Of a stretch of 64,000 nt of DNA, positions 41,501 through 52,199 are shown in pieces. The DNA is taken from the NCBI GenBank assembly GCA_965248265.1, contig CBDFJF010000002.1, positions 3,808,001-3,872,000 of the forward strand, in the 5' to 3' direction. How positions within the stretch are numbered: the stretch's first letter is position 1; each line of letters opens with the position of its first letter. The notes under the pieces were generated by a model, which was given only the letters and a program-made list of their open reading frames with translations, searched no databases and was not told the origin of the DNA. The position numbers and the translations under genes were made by a program. Source of the DNA: Candidatus Latescibacterota bacterium (GTDB lineage: Bacteria > Latescibacterota > UBA2968 > UBA8231).

Positions 41501-42142
41501 GTGCGCCTGTACGACTTGATTGAATACGACAATCCAGCCTACGCGAAGCGCTATCTCGATGCCGTCTTGCAGACCTTCGACCGTGATTCGGGTGAACGGG
41601 GCCTGCAGGCGACTTCCGCGGTGATTCGCTACCTCGCCAAGGTGATGGCCATCAAGGATGAGGTCTACGTCGCCCGACTGCTGACCTGCGAGCAGAAATA
41701 TCGCAGAGACCGCGCTCGCTACGGCATCGACCCGGCGCGCGGCGACCGGGTGCAATACCGGCACTTGACCAGGCCTCACTTCCGTTTCCTCGGCCGCGAC
41801 TTCCGCCCTGACGTGAAGGCGCGGGACTGGCAGCTGCGGATTCTCTCTCGCATGAAATTTTTGCGCCGCCTATTCGCTTCATGGTGGCATCGCGAGGAGA
41901 TAGATTTTCGCGAATGGTTTGCTGATCTGGTACACGCTTTTGACGGCGGCGAAAACCGGGTTTCATATGAAACCTGGGTAGAGCTGCTGTCTCTGCCCGA
42001 GGAAGTTCGCGGGTACCGTATCGTACGAACGCCGAAGATGGAGGCAGCTCGCGAGCACGCTAAGACTTTGTTGGCTGCCGCTTCCACACCTTCGCAACGG
42101 ATCAGCGTGCCCGTGGAGGTCGTGGCCGCATCCACTTCGTAA
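38507..42142 (+). CDS. Fused indolepyruvate:ferredoxin oxidoreductase family protein
   Basis: TGNE, GYPGSP, FCPGCPH, GDIGC, TPP motif GDSTFFH..DN.TTAMTG.QP, ferredoxin CENCMEC, AGVGGMGV, YLAKVMAIKDEVYVARL. Confidence 0.92.
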   Translation: MDPRFLQQDGTGIFTGNELIVKGALESSIGEITGYPGSPLAEIFDTLERIGSLLNEHGIVAQIANNEALAAARLNGSQMERIRAMAVMKSVGMHVAADGLALGNMAGAAQGAGALVVVGDDTWSEGTQVPADSRFLSQHLYMPVMEPATFQEIKDWVGIGFDLSAQSRLFVTYLVTSNQADGGGSVNVHPNHFDDRLNANRSTTLDTATIGTDDRVIIPPVTVIKEKEVLQQRYPRLLELARERGINQILPATDTTAGIPDLAFVTSGLAYVYLEHALGILGLTGHFSILKLGITYPVDETLIGEIAGRHEHLCVVEEKRAFVEPQVAAALNRIRQSSDIDAKLWGKRFPDGGRGFPETAGLMPTSTADRVAHLLRLLETGSNAQTLNWSRIDSELGIESPGEDERSQAVPPRSPSFCPGCPHRDSASVIDKMARDFADPEYMRGKNEETQDLVFHGDIGCYSMLKYPPFSRLMHNLSGMGLGGGTGAGIDPFIDNKQLVFMGDSTFFHTGMTAISDSIKNNQDLTYVILDNKTTAMTGHQPTPGVDVDLLGRPTFAQDIEQIVRGLAGDGDTFIARIDPAERREYKKLIEEATLRPGVKIIIADKECGITYHRRQRALASAQIKELGFSPVEHHINISEDVCENCMECTRATGCSGLTVKGETEYGPKIAIDLSSCVTDGACTRVEVTGGDKTCPSFEEITIHRKQAPANDLPPIDPGRIPEPALEPMTDSWYVYIAGVGGMGVNVIASVLAQAGVRQGYAVQLTNKKGLAIRNGSVYSHLSYAPDGRIVSPVIPSGRAHLLLGLDILEAARGIDPAGRHRVASRARTAAALNTAKTPTTGTLIGDQDFSPESMAHLIESNTDAGRMFGLDLFAISERFLGNKLYANIMLLGAAFQRGLLPLRLENLEWAISVAVRRDLETNVLAFNMGRRLAIDPQYFDAKESSARSANSLIRDNSGLLTRVHGRRVAAMYGQMCRQALEAMEGRGLIEEDLSRLIVRLYDLIEYDNPAYAKRYLDAVLQTFDRDSGERGLQATSAVIRYLAKVMAIKDEVYVARLLTCEQKYRRDRARYGIDPARGDRVQYRHLTRPHFRFLGRDFRPDVKARDWQLRILSRMKFLRRLFASWWHREEIDFREWFADLVHAFDGGENRVSYETWVELLSLPEEVRGYRIVRTPKMEAAREHAKTLLAAASTPSQRISVPVEVVAASTS

Positions 42143-42222
42143 ACCAACCAGACACTGACCCGTCGCGGGGGAGGCAATCCGCCCTTGGTACCCCCCACAC
42201 ACACGATCACGATGAGGACGGG

Positions 42223-42906
42223 ATGTCAGACAAGCTGAAGGAAATCGCCGCTCGCAAAGCAGTCGAGCAGGTTCTCGATGGCATGGTTGTCGGTCTTGGG
42301 ACCGGCTCCAGTTCCAATTTCGCCATCCAGGCACTGGGTGAGCGAGTAGCTGAGGGCTTGTCCATCGTCGCGGTTCCCACCTCCGAGGCGTCGGCTCGAT
42401 TGGCCGAGCAGCTCGGCCTTGACCTTCAGAGTTTGGAGGACAACCCCGTCATTGACCTGACCATCGACGGAGCCGATGAGGTGGACCCTCAACTCGAACT
42501 GATCAAGGGGCTGGGTGGAGCGTTGTTGCGGGAGAAAATCGTCGCCAGTGCCAGCACCCGCGAGATCATCATCGTCGATCCGACGAAGCTGGTGGATCAA
42601 CTTGGAACCCGGTCTCCGCTTCCGGTCGAGGTTGTGCCGTTCGGATGGGCTCCCGTCCGCCTCCAACTGATCGAAGTGGCCGCGGGCGTCGAGTTGCGAC
42701 AGACGGCTGCAGGCGAAACCTTCGTGACCGACAACGGCAATTTCATTCTGGATTGTCGTTTCGAGGGCATCGAAGATCCTGCCGCGCTCGAACAGCGTAT
42801 CAACGCCATCTCGGGGGTTGTCGAGAACGGCCTGTTTGTCGGCCTTGCCGATACCGTCATCATCGCCCGCGACAATGGCTCGTGTGATGTTCGCGAGCGA
42901 AGCTAG
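42223..42906 (+). CDS. rpiA: Ribose-5-phosphate isomerase A
   Basis: GLGTGS, DGADEVD, IKGLGGALLREKIVA, GVVENGLF. Confidence 0.98.
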   Translation: MSDKLKEIAARKAVEQVLDGMVVGLGTGSSSNFAIQALGERVAEGLSIVAVPTSEASARLAEQLGLDLQSLEDNPVIDLTIDGADEVDPQLELIKGLGGALLREKIVASASTREIIIVDPTKLVDQLGTRSPLPVEVVPFGWAPVRLQLIEVAAGVELRQTAAGETFVTDNGNFILDCRFEGIEDPAALEQRINAISGVVENGLFVGLADTVIIARDNGSCDVRERS

Positions 42907-43349
42907 CGGTCGGGCGAAACGCCCACGCCGGTGACCCCGACGCCGTGCACGAACACGAGTTCACCCCCGTAGTAACTCGTCCACCACAGAAGCACACAAC
43001 CGCCGACAGCGACCACGATCCACATCACCAGGGGCCACCCCCCACTGCGCTGCAGGAACAGGGGCAACCGACCCAACGCCGTCGCCATGAACACGATGAA
43101 CACGATCGAGCCGAAGTCCTCGTGTTGCTGGATGAGATCGGCCACCTCGGGCTTGGAGCGGTACGGCAGAGCGGCTTCCGTGCCGGTGATGACGGCGGCC
43201 GAGCTGGACAGCAGCCCGGCGACCAGCAGGGCGTAGGCAAAGCGATGCCATTGCACCTGGTGCTTGATCAGGGCAATCAGATCGACGGCCACGCTGGCGG
43301 TCAGCAAGGCGATCGGGAAATGGACAATCAATGGATGCCAGTTGGGCAT
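42903..43349 (-). CDS. DUF2231-like membrane protein
   Basis: HPLIVHFPIALL, four TM segments, GGELVFVHGVGV. Confidence 0.85.
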   Translation of the reverse strand: MPNWHPLIVHFPIALLTASVAVDLIALIKHQVQWHRFAYALLVAGLLSSSAAVITGTEAALPYRSKPEVADLIQQHEDFGSIVFIVFMATALGRLPLFLQRSGGWPLVMWIVVAVGGCVLLWWTSYYGGELVFVHGVGVTGVGVSPDR

Positions 43350-43531
43350 GGTTTTTGGATCTGGATGGGCTGAGAGGATCGGACGGTCGGCCGGATAACG
43401 GACCATGCCGCCTGAGTATCCGACATAGGGTGATGTGGTCAAGGTGGGTGGGTATTGAGGGCCGCCACCTCAGTTGATAGGTTTCGAGACCGGACACCAG
43501 AAGCAACCCGCAACCATTGATAGGCAACATT

Positions 43532-44842
43532 ATGTCGTCGGATCTGAAAGAGTTCATTCAGCAGACCCCTCTTTGCGACAGCCACGAGCATCTCAGGAAA
43601 GAGCAAGAGTGGGTCGATGATGGCCCGCGGGACGTGTTGGAGGATCTATTCACCAACTATCAGCCAGCCGATCTGTCGAGCGCCGGCGCATCACACGAGC
43701 AGGTCGAACGCTTGCGTGACGGATCGGATCCCGACCAACAGGGTCGCTTTGACGCGGTGCGCGCTATCTGGGAAGCGGTCCGCTTCACCGGGTACGGTGA
43801 GGCCGTGCGGATCCTGGCTCAAGAGCTGTACGGGTTGCATGAATGGAATGCCGCCGAATTCTCGGCTGCCCAGGAAAAGCTCGACGGTTGGCGACAACCC
43901 GGCGGCCGCTATCACCTGCTCAAAGAAGTGGCCAACATTGATCATGTTCAGACGGATGATTTTTGCTGGCCATGCCTGCCGGACGCCTCAGGGGCAGACT
44001 TCTTCTTCTACGATATCAGCTGGGCCGCCTTCTGCGATGGTCGCATCGACATCGAGATGCTGCATAGCGAAACGGGCGTCGAAGTCACGAACCTGGCGCA
44101 GCTGCGACAGGCGATGGAGAGTATCTTCGACCGCCACGCCGCATACGCCATCGCCGTGAAGGCGCAGCACGCCTACAATCGGACCCTGTATTGGCAAGAG
44201 CGTGACGACTCCTCCGCGGCCGCAGCGCTGAAGGCAGTCCTGGGAAGCGAAGAGCCATCCGAAAAAATCCGCCTGACGCTCGGGGACTGGTGCTGGGCAC
44301 GAGGTGTGGAACTCGCCATCGAGCACAACCTGCCCTTCAAGCTGCACACCGGGTACTACGCCGGCAACGACCGCATGCCCGTCGACCGCATAAAAGGAGG
44401 GAACCTGTGCGCCTTGCTTGCCAAGTACATCGATTGCCGTTTCGTACTCATGCACATCGCTTATCCTTACTCCGACGAGCTTATAGCACTCACCAAACAC
44501 TATCGCAATGTCTACGCCGATTTGTGCTGGGCATGGTCCATCGATCCTTACACCTCGAGCGATTTTGTTCGACGGTTCATCCACAGCGCTCCCGCCAACA
44601 AGCTCTTTGCTTTTGGTGGCGACACCAGCTGGCCGACCAGCGCCGTGGCCTATTCCATCCAGACTCGGCGCTGGCTGCACTATGCGCTCGAAGCAGAAGT
44701 CGCTGACGGATTGCTCTCGGAGACCGAAGCCATAGACGTCGCCGGCCGCTTGATGCGTGACAATCAGCATGCCTGCTTCAACGTGCAGAGCAAACGCGAC
44801 ACCTGTATCGCCGCATTGGCGGAAGGAGAAGCCCCTCGATGA
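43532..44842 (+). CDS. Amidohydrolase-superfamily protein (uronate isomerase-like)
   Basis: [30 protein letters not shown]. Confidence 0.85.
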   Translation: MSSDLKEFIQQTPLCDSHEHLRKEQEWVDDGPRDVLEDLFTNYQPADLSSAGASHEQVERLRDGSDPDQQGRFDAVRAIWEAVRFTGYGEAVRILAQELYGLHEWNAAEFSAAQEKLDGWRQPGGRYHLLKEVANIDHVQTDDFCWPCLPDASGADFFFYDISWAAFCDGRIDIEMLHSETGVEVTNLAQLRQAMESIFDRHAAYAIAVKAQHAYNRTLYWQERDDSSAAAALKAVLGSEEPSEKIRLTLGDWCWARGVELAIEHNLPFKLHTGYYAGNDRMPVDRIKGGNLCALLAKYIDCRFVLMHIAYPYSDELIALTKHYRNVYADLCWAWSIDPYTSSDFVRRFIHSAPANKLFAFGGDTSWPTSAVAYSIQTRRWLHYALEAEVADGLLSETEAIDVAGRLMRDNQHACFNVQSKRDTCIAALAEGEAPR

Positions 44843-46512
44843 CCAGTGACCTCAGAAAACACAGTGCGGCCATCGTCGACGGCCCCAGCCGGGCAGGCGC
44901 CCGGGCCATGTACAAGGCCATTGGGTTCGACGACGAAGCGCTCTCCAAGCCGCTGATCGGTATCGCCAACACCTGGACGGAAATCGGCCCCTGCAACTTC
45001 CACCTGCGGCGACTGGCCGAATTCGTCAAGCGCGGCGTGCGTGAGGCCGGCGGCACCCCGATGGAGTACAACACCATCACGGTGTCGGACGGCATCACCA
45101 TGGGTGTCGAGGGTATGAAGACCTCGCTGATCAGTCGTGAAGTCATCGCCGATTCCATCGAACTCGTCGCCCGCGGCCACATGCTCGACGGCCTCATCGC
45201 CATGACCGGATGCGACAAGACCACACCGGGCGCGACGATGGCCCTCGGCCGCCTCGACATCCCCTCGCTCATCTTCTACGGCGGATCCATCATGCCCGGG
45301 AAGGTCCAGGGCAACGACGTCACCATTCAGGATGTCTATGAAGCGATCGGCGCCCACGCCAAAGGCAGCATCACCGACGCCCAGCTCAAAGAAATCGAGG
45401 ACAACGCCTGCCCAGGAGCCGGCTCCTGCGGCGGCCAGTTCACGGCCAACACCATGGCCACGGCTGTGGAAATGCTCGGCATCGCCGCCATGGGTAGCGG
45501 TTCAGTGCCGGCGACTGATCCCGAAAAAAACGACGTCGCTGTCGAAGTCGGAAGGCTGGCCGTTGACCTCGTGCGCCGCGACCTGCGGCCTAGCCATATC
45601 GTCACGCGTCAATCCATCGAGAACGCGATCGCCTCAGTGGCCACGACGGGAGGCTCGACGAATGCAGTCCTTCACTTTCTCGCCATCGCGCACGAATACG
45701 GAATCGACCTGGAAATCGACGACTTTCAGCAGATCAGCTCCAACACACCTTTGATGGTCAGCCTGAAGCCGGGTGGACTTTTCGTCGCGCCCGACCTTCA
45801 TCGGGCGGGGGGCATCGGCTTGGTAGCCCAACGGTTGAAGGAGGCCGGATGCCTGCATGAAGACTGCACAACCGTGACCGGGCGATCGATCGGCACCGAG
45901 GCGGACGAGGCCACGGAGACCCCGGGACAGGAGGTTGTGCGGCCTGTCGACAAACCGATCAAGACCACCGGCGGGATCGTTATTCTGCGCGGCAACCTGG
46001 CGCCTGACGGATGCGTGGTCAAGCTGGCCGGCTACGAGCGCTCGACGCACAGCGGACCGGCGCGTGTCTTTGACGCGGAAGACGGTGTCCTGGATGCGAT
46101 TCAGGCAGACGAGATTCATGAAGGTGACGTCGTCATCGTCCGCTACGAAGGACCAGCCGGCGGTCCGGGCATGCGGGAAATGCTGCAGGTCACGGGAGCC
46201 ATCATGGGTGCCGGCCTGGGTGAATCCGTCGCCCTCCTGACTGACGGCCGGTTTTCGGGGGCAACCCGGGGATTGATGATCGGCCATGCGGCACCCGAAG
46301 CGTATCGCGGAGGCCCCATCGCCATCGTCCGCGAAGGAGATCAGATCAACATCGACACCGAGGCCCGGCGCATCGACGTCGACCTCACCGACGACGAGAT
46401 CCAGTCACGGCTCGCCGAATGGAAGCCACCCGCGCCTCATTACACGAACGGCGTGATGGCCAAATACGCAAAGCTGGTGTCTTCGGCCTCGGTCGGCGCC
46501 GTGACGGGGTAG
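44839..46512 (+). CDS. ilvD: Dihydroxy-acid dehydratase
   Basis: [44 protein letters not shown]. Confidence 0.97.
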   Translation: MTSDLRKHSAAIVDGPSRAGARAMYKAIGFDDEALSKPLIGIANTWTEIGPCNFHLRRLAEFVKRGVREAGGTPMEYNTITVSDGITMGVEGMKTSLISREVIADSIELVARGHMLDGLIAMTGCDKTTPGATMALGRLDIPSLIFYGGSIMPGKVQGNDVTIQDVYEAIGAHAKGSITDAQLKEIEDNACPGAGSCGGQFTANTMATAVEMLGIAAMGSGSVPATDPEKNDVAVEVGRLAVDLVRRDLRPSHIVTRQSIENAIASVATTGGSTNAVLHFLAIAHEYGIDLEIDDFQQISSNTPLMVSLKPGGLFVAPDLHRAGGIGLVAQRLKEAGCLHEDCTTVTGRSIGTEADEATETPGQEVVRPVDKPIKTTGGIVILRGNLAPDGCVVKLAGYERSTHSGPARVFDAEDGVLDAIQADEIHEGDVVIVRYEGPAGGPGMREMLQVTGAIMGAGLGESVALLTDGRFSGATRGLMIGHAAPEAYRGGPIAIVREGDQINIDTEARRIDVDLTDDEIQSRLAEWKPPAPHYTNGVMAKYAKLVSSASVGAVTG

Positions 46513-46517
46513 CTCTC

Positions 46518-47654
46518 ATGAATGGGAACATTCGATGCAGTGAATGCGATACGGACTACGGCACGACGACCACGGCGCACCGCTGCCCCGCATGCCAGAA
46601 TCCACTCACCTTCGACCTGCCGAGCCGATCGTTCCCGACGGACGCGATTACCGAGCGCGCCGCACACATGTGGCGCTACGCCGAAGCCCTTCCTCAGTTC
46701 GATGAACCGATCAGCCTCGGAGAGCCGGTTACTCCTCTGGTGCCGCTGCAAATCGGATCCCTCGATGTTCTGGCCAAATGCGAGTTCCAGATGCCGTCAG
46801 GTTCCTACAAGGACCGCGGTAGCGCCTTCCTCGCCAGCTATCTCAAACAGGCAGGTGTTGCCAACGCGGTGGAGGACTCCTCCGGCAACGCTGGCGCCTC
46901 TCTGGCCGCGTACATGGCGCGGGGCGGAATCGGGTTAAAGGTCTTCTGCCCTGACTCCGCCTCGGCTGGAAAGCTGGCGCAGATCCAGCTTCACGGTGCT
47001 GAAGTCGAGAAGATTCCGGGTGCGCGGCCACGGGCGACTGAAGCACTGCTGGAAGAGATCAAGCGTAGCGGCGCCGTTTACGCCTCGCACTCATGGCACC
47101 CCCTCTTCCTCGAGGGCTTGCGGACGATGGCCTATGAAATTGCCGAACAGCTGGAATGGTCAGCGCCCGACTACGTATGCTGTCCGGTTGGAGGCGGTAG
47201 CATTTTGCTGGGATTATTCCACGGATTCAGCGATCTGCTTGAGGCCGGTATCATCGAACGTCTACCCCGCTTGATCGCAGTACAGGCCGAGAATGTCTCA
47301 CCGGTGTGCGTAGCGTTCGCCGCCGATCAGGACGAGGTGGCCCCGGCAGCGGATCCGCAGCCGACGCTCGCCGAAGGCATCGCCCTGGTGCAACCCGCCA
47401 GACACCGCGAGTTGTTGCAGGCACTGCGCGCGTCGGACGGCCGTGCAGTGGCGGTCAGCGAGGAGGATATAGAAGAAGGAGTTTACGCTCTCGGCAGGAG
47501 TGGATTCTTCGTCGAGCCGACGTCGGCGGTAGTGTGGAAGGGCCTCGCCAGGTTGGATGAACAGGAACGCTTCCCGCACGGATCAACGATCGTCACTATC
47601 CTGTCCGGACACGGACTCAAGGCGAGCGAAAAACTGGCGCAGCTCATAGACTGA
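46518..47654 (+). CDS. thrC: Threonine synthase-like PLP enzyme with N-terminal Zn ribbon
   Basis: CSEC..CPAC, PSGSYKDRG, SSGNAGASLAAY, VEPTSA, LSGHGLK. Confidence 0.8.
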   Translation: MNGNIRCSECDTDYGTTTTAHRCPACQNPLTFDLPSRSFPTDAITERAAHMWRYAEALPQFDEPISLGEPVTPLVPLQIGSLDVLAKCEFQMPSGSYKDRGSAFLASYLKQAGVANAVEDSSGNAGASLAAYMARGGIGLKVFCPDSASAGKLAQIQLHGAEVEKIPGARPRATEALLEEIKRSGAVYASHSWHPLFLEGLRTMAYEIAEQLEWSAPDYVCCPVGGGSILLGLFHGFSDLLEAGIIERLPRLIAVQAENVSPVCVAFAADQDEVAPAADPQPTLAEGIALVQPARHRELLQALRASDGRAVAVSEEDIEEGVYALGRSGFFVEPTSAVVWKGLARLDEQERFPHGSTIVTILSGHGLKASEKLAQLID

Positions 47655-47688
47655 CCAGCTTTAGCTGTCCAGCTTTAGCTGTCCAGCT
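47655..47688. repeat. 14-bp tandem repeat between convergent genes
   Basis: ccagctttagctgt twice plus ccagct; the unit is internally palindromic. Confidence 0.8.
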
Positions 47689-47702
47689 CGCTTCCGCCCC
47701 CC

Positions 47703-49169
47703 CTACCCAGCCTTGATCTGCTTCAAACGCTCGGCTTCGTCCGTGTTCTTGTAGAACGGATCCAGCGGAAAACATCCTGAGATCATGCCGTTTCTGGGTG
47801 CAGTGGTGCAATCACTGAAGGTGCGACAAATGCGTTTTCGCTTCATTTCGCCTGAGCGCAAGACATCGTCGGGTAGTTCGGGATACGACAACACCATTCG
47901 ACCCAATCCGACGAAATCCACGCTGCCCTCCCGCACCAGCGCCTGGCCCACGTGCGGCAGGAACTCCTGCAGGTAGGAATAGCCCGAGCCGACGATGACG
48001 GAATCGGGAAAACGAGACTTGATCTGGCCGACGACATCCAACTGCCTCGCCACGCCGACCAATGGATCCTCAGGAGGCTGATAACCATCCGACGGCGGGA
48101 ACAACGCCGGTCGCTGGATGTGCGGGTTGTAATACGGAGATCCGCAGGACAAATTAAACAGGTTGACCCCTCTGCCAGCGAGCATTTCGAGGAAGCAAAC
48201 CGTCTCCGTCAAATCGAAGGACATCGGATCATTGCCATCGACACCGAAACCGTATTCGTAGGGCAGACAGGCGGCGTATGGTTCCGGAATGCCCGGACCC
48301 AGTTTGCCGCCCTCAGCGCCATCGGGATCGGGACGGAATGGTACGAAATCGAATGCACTCAGGCGTACTCCGATCATCATTCCAGGGACCTGAGCCCGGA
48401 TACCCTCGATGATGTCGCGGCAGAAGCGTGTGCGGTTTTCGAACGAACCGCCGAAACGACCAGGTCGAGTGTGCGCACTGAGCAGTTCGTGACCCAGGTA
48501 CCCATGACAGTGTTTGACGTCGACGAATCGAAAGCCGCAGTCCGCGGCAATGCCCGCCGCTGAGACATAGTGTTCGATCAGTTGCTCGATATAGTCGTCG
48601 CTGATCAAGGGGTGATCGTCGCTTACACCAAATTTACCATCCAGGATCGGGTGATGATATGCGATGCAGGGCTCCATCCGGTCCTTGCGGAATGGACGAC
48701 AGAAGCGGCCTGAATGAGTCAGTTGCAGACCCAGCAACAGATCATCGGTATTGCCGAAACGCTGTGCGTGCGTGGCTAGCAGCAGCTGCGCGAGTTCGCG
48801 CATGCCGGCGCGATTCTCCTCGCGTGCCATCAGCTGGTTGGGATTGGCGCGTCCTTCAGGGCAGACGGCGAAGGCTTCCCCACCCCAGATCAGCTTGGCA
48901 CCGCTCAAACCGAAGTTGCGCCAACGCTGGCGCACGAAGTCCGTGGGCATGCCCTGCTCCGTCCCATCCCACCCTTCCATGGGCTGAATGGCGAAGCGGT
49001 TGCCCACCGACACCTCGCCAACCTGGCAACTCTGCGCCAAAGGAGACTCCGGCGCGGTCAGGATGTCGTCGTCGCAAGGGACCTTGATACCGAGAGACGC
49101 CGCATGGGCGCGAAAGGCGTCGGTCTCACGCAATGCCGACACTCTTTTGTATCTGGGTTTCTCGCTCAC
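47703..49169 (-). CDS. NADH:flavin oxidoreductase (old yellow enzyme family)
   Basis: [40 protein letters not shown]. The GTG start overlaps the lgt stop. Confidence 0.9.
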   Translation of the reverse strand: MSEKPRYKRVSALRETDAFRAHAASLGIKVPCDDDILTAPESPLAQSCQVGEVSVGNRFAIQPMEGWDGTEQGMPTDFVRQRWRNFGLSGAKLIWGGEAFAVCPEGRANPNQLMAREENRAGMRELAQLLLATHAQRFGNTDDLLLGLQLTHSGRFCRPFRKDRMEPCIAYHHPILDGKFGVSDDHPLISDDYIEQLIEHYVSAAGIAADCGFRFVDVKHCHGYLGHELLSAHTRPGRFGGSFENRTRFCRDIIEGIRAQVPGMMIGVRLSAFDFVPFRPDPDGAEGGKLGPGIPEPYAACLPYEYGFGVDGNDPMSFDLTETVCFLEMLAGRGVNLFNLSCGSPYYNPHIQRPALFPPSDGYQPPEDPLVGVARQLDVVGQIKSRFPDSVIVGSGYSYLQEFLPHVGQALVREGSVDFVGLGRMVLSYPELPDDVLRSGEMKRKRICRTFSDCTTAPRNGMISGCFPLDPFYKNTDEAERLKQIKAG

Positions 49170-49948
49170 TGGTTTCGTCGACGCAGGTACAGCATGCCCG
49201 CGAATCCAACCACTATCAACAACAAACTGATCAACTGAGCCCCAGTAAAGCCGAACATGGCGATTGGATTCAGCCGAATGAATTCGACGGAAAAGCGCGC
49301 CACACCGGACAGGATCAGGTACAGAAAGAAGAGAATCCCCGGCGTCGTCAACCGCGTTCGCAAGGACCACAGGATGCTGAACATGGCCACCCCGGCCAGA
49401 GTCTCGTAAACCGGTGCCGGGTGGACCTTCTCAAGCGTCGGCACAACGCCATTGGGATAGGCCATACCCCAAGGCAGGTCAGTCGGGATACCGTAGTCGC
49501 CGTCACCGGCAAGCTGGCATCCGACACGACCGACACCATAGCCGATGGCAAGTCCCATTCCCGCCGCATCGGCCACCTCCAGTACACTGACGCCCCGGCG
49601 TCTTATCAACCAGACGATGGAGGCGGTCGCGACCAGGAAACCACCGTACCATGTCAAGCCGCTGCCGGAAAACACGGCGCTGATCATTCCGGACAGCCCC
49701 GCGCCGGCCGGCACCTCGAAGACGACGAAGTAGAGCTTCGCCCCAACCAACCCTCCGACGATGGCGGCCGTCAGCATGGAGGAAGCAAGCTCCGGATCGA
49801 TGGCCTTTCGGATGAATTCTTTCTTGAGAACCCAGTAAGCCACCAGAAAAGCCAGGACGACCATCGGGCCAAACGTGGGTGCTCGAAAGCCACCTATCTG
49901 ATACGGACCAATCTGAAAAGGGTCGATTTCCAACCAGAAGGGATACAT
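49166..49948 (-). CDS. lgt: Prolipoprotein diacylglyceryl transferase (variant-motif type)
   Basis: [48 protein letters not shown]. Confidence 0.88.
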   Translation of the reverse strand: MYPFWLEIDPFQIGPYQIGGFRAPTFGPMVVLAFLVAYWVLKKEFIRKAIDPELASSMLTAAIVGGLVGAKLYFVVFEVPAGAGLSGMISAVFSGSGLTWYGGFLVATASIVWLIRRRGVSVLEVADAAGMGLAIGYGVGRVGCQLAGDGDYGIPTDLPWGMAYPNGVVPTLEKVHPAPVYETLAGVAMFSILWSLRTRLTTPGILFFLYLILSGVARFSVEFIRLNPIAMFGFTGAQLISLLLIVVGFAGMLYLRRRNQ

Positions 49949-49962
49949 TCCGACGCGATGCC

Positions 49963-51684
49963 TTAGAGCACTTCGTCGGTGAGCAGATCGTCACCGTCAA
50001 CTTCTGACTCGAACTCAGACTCGTCGCCCCGCACCTCGTCTTTCAACACGTGCCGCCGCAGCCCGGGGATGTGGACATCAGTCATATAGGAGGGCCAGTC
50101 AATGCGGGTGACGTCGGTGTTGAACAGCTGCTGCTCCGCTGAGGGCATCTTCTCGTACATCTCGCGTGTGCGTTTGGTTTCGAAGGCGCAATGCAGATGG
50201 GTGTAGGGGTGATAGATGTCGGCGTAGTAGAGTACCCGTCTGAGCCTGACCTTCAACGATGCCAGCAAACGCCGTTTACGCGCATCAGCCATCTGCTCCG
50301 GGAGTTTGCCGAGAATCCACTCCTGGGTAGAGATGGGGATAAGATATTTCAGGTAGAATTTGAACTTGAACCGCCGCACGCTGGGATAGGACCATTGTTG
50401 CAAGCTGGGAGCCCGTCCGTCACGGTCGCGCAACGGGTTCCTCAAGAAATGATCGCGCACGCTGGTGAACAGGGTCGTCAGCCGCGCCGGGTTCTCCGAC
50501 CCGGTGGCCACCTGATAGATGCGCACCTCTTCTGCGACCGCCTGCGTCGCCGCAGCCAGGGTGGCGTTAACGACGACGTCCACGGGAATCAGATCGAGGA
50601 TAAGATCCTTCTCTGCTGGAAAATCCGGCAGCAGTCCCCGCCCGTAGGCCGTGACCAGCGGATCCATCACCTTGAGACCGGTAATCCATCCCGGCTCCGG
50701 GTCAACGAGGCTGCTTTCGATGATGCTCGGCCGCACGATCGCCAGCACCTGATTCCCCCTGCGCTTGACCAGCATCTGCTCGCCGAGTGCCTTGGTAAAG
50801 GTGTAGATATCGTTCCAACCGTAGCCCTTGGCCCGGGCCATGCCTTCGCTCACCAGTCGCTGCTCGATCCACTTGTCACGACGGTCCTCAAGCAGGCGCG
50901 CCAACCGCGCCTCCGTCAACTCGTGCTTTCGACGCTCGGATCGTATGGCTCGAATGAACTCGGCTTCCCGTGCCGGACTCCGTGCATCCTCATGGACTGA
51001 GAGGCAAAACTCCTCGCAGTCCGCGATTTCGGCCTCCGGGTCGAAGTGACCGGGCACACCTGCGAGCGCGGCAAATCTCGATTCGCCGGCCACGTGCGAG
51101 GCTCGTCCGTTCCGCGAGAAAAAGTCCACCACATCGCGAACGGTGTGTCCGGCAGGCAGCAGTTCCTCGGGGATGGATCCGGTCAGCTGTCCGTTCACGT
51201 AGGCTGTCGAGATGTGGACGAAGTCGACCTCTTTGTGACAACTGCGGGCCAAATCCAGCAGAGCCAACGGCCCGTTCGTGTTCATCTTCAGCGATATATC
51301 TAACGGTTCGTCGAAGACGACGGTCGCCGCAGAGTTGAAAATCGTGTCCACTTCGAGTTCCAGGATCTGCCGCTGCTCTGGAGAAATGCCAAGGCCAGGT
51401 AGGGTGAGGTCGCCGGCAATGGCTACGACCTTCTCCCGTGCCAGGGAAAACTCGGCGGCATTCCTCTCCCGCAAGGAGCTGAAGACACTCTCTTCGAAGA
51501 ACTCCTGCAGGCGCTCTGTCGCCGATACGACAACGCCATCAGCTCGCTTTTTTGGACGAATCAGAACGAAAATACGGCGCACCGTGTTTAGATCGGCAAG
51601 CACTTTGGCGACCAGGGCCTGGCCGACAAACCCTGTTGCACCAGCCACGAATAGGGTGCGGTCTTTGTAGTAGTCGTTCAGCAT
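49963..51684 (-). CDS. Fatty acyl-CoA reductase (alcohol-forming, NAD_binding_4 + Sterile type)
   Basis: GATGFVG, NSAATVVFDEPL, HISTAYVNG, GWNDIYTFTKALGE, RPSIIES...P.PGW, DLIPVDVV, IDW..Y...HIPGL. Confidence 0.9.
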   Translation of the reverse strand: MLNDYYKDRTLFVAGATGFVGQALVAKVLADLNTVRRIFVLIRPKKRADGVVVSATERLQEFFEESVFSSLRERNAAEFSLAREKVVAIAGDLTLPGLGISPEQRQILELEVDTIFNSAATVVFDEPLDISLKMNTNGPLALLDLARSCHKEVDFVHISTAYVNGQLTGSIPEELLPAGHTVRDVVDFFSRNGRASHVAGESRFAALAGVPGHFDPEAEIADCEEFCLSVHEDARSPAREAEFIRAIRSERRKHELTEARLARLLEDRRDKWIEQRLVSEGMARAKGYGWNDIYTFTKALGEQMLVKRRGNQVLAIVRPSIIESSLVDPEPGWITGLKVMDPLVTAYGRGLLPDFPAEKDLILDLIPVDVVVNATLAAATQAVAEEVRIYQVATGSENPARLTTLFTSVRDHFLRNPLRDRDGRAPSLQQWSYPSVRRFKFKFYLKYLIPISTQEWILGKLPEQMADARKRRLLASLKVRLRRVLYYADIYHPYTHLHCAFETKRTREMYEKMPSAEQQLFNTDVTRIDWPSYMTDVHIPGLRRHVLKDEVRGDESEFESEVDGDDLLTDEVL

Positions 51685-51864
51685 AGTACAGGATGGTCTC
51701 GGCGATGCTCGGGCTAGCATCGAACCGGGTCGACTTGGCTACGCAGTATTGCAGTTTCGCGTAAGCCTATATTAATCTGGGAGTTAGGTTGGAAATAACA
51801 TGCGGAAAATATACCGGTTCAGCGGCCAACACACAAGTCTGCAACAGTCACCAGGAAATGGTGT

Positions 51865-52035
51865 CTAGTCAGTAGGACTCTCTCGCTCACGGGTTGAGTC
51901 GCCCTGCGGATCGGCCTCCGCTGTTTCTCTTTTCAACCCCTGCCCTGTTATGTATGGGTGCGGCATCACGGATTTCAACTCGTCGAGGTCCGAGGTCTTC
52001 TTTTTTCGTTTTTTGTCTTTATCCGGCTTTTTCAT
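51865..52035 (-). CDS. Small basic hypothetical protein
   Basis: 56-aa ORF MKKPDKDKKRKKK... filling an intergenic gap; no motif recognised. Confidence 0.3.
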   Translation of the reverse strand: MKKPDKDKKRKKKTSDLDELKSVMPHPYITGQGLKRETAEADPQGDSTRERESPTD

Positions 52036-52199
52036 CGACTCATGCACGCAACCTTTCGCCACGATGGAATAATCGGTAATCTGCTTGGCTCGTGCACGTT
52101 TACTTGCCTGTGTATTTCCCATTGGCTTTATTCCGGACCCCGATCGCCCGGCCAAGGATATGTCAAGGAGCTGATTCCTCGATGACGAAGGGACTATAG

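Noticed and set aside
38507-42142. Single-chain IOR fusion as a novelty
   Set aside because: Fused IOR-family proteins of about 1150-1200 aa are well known.
47655-47688. Short repeats as a CRISPR remnant
   Set aside because: A 14-bp unit with no spacers and no cas genes.
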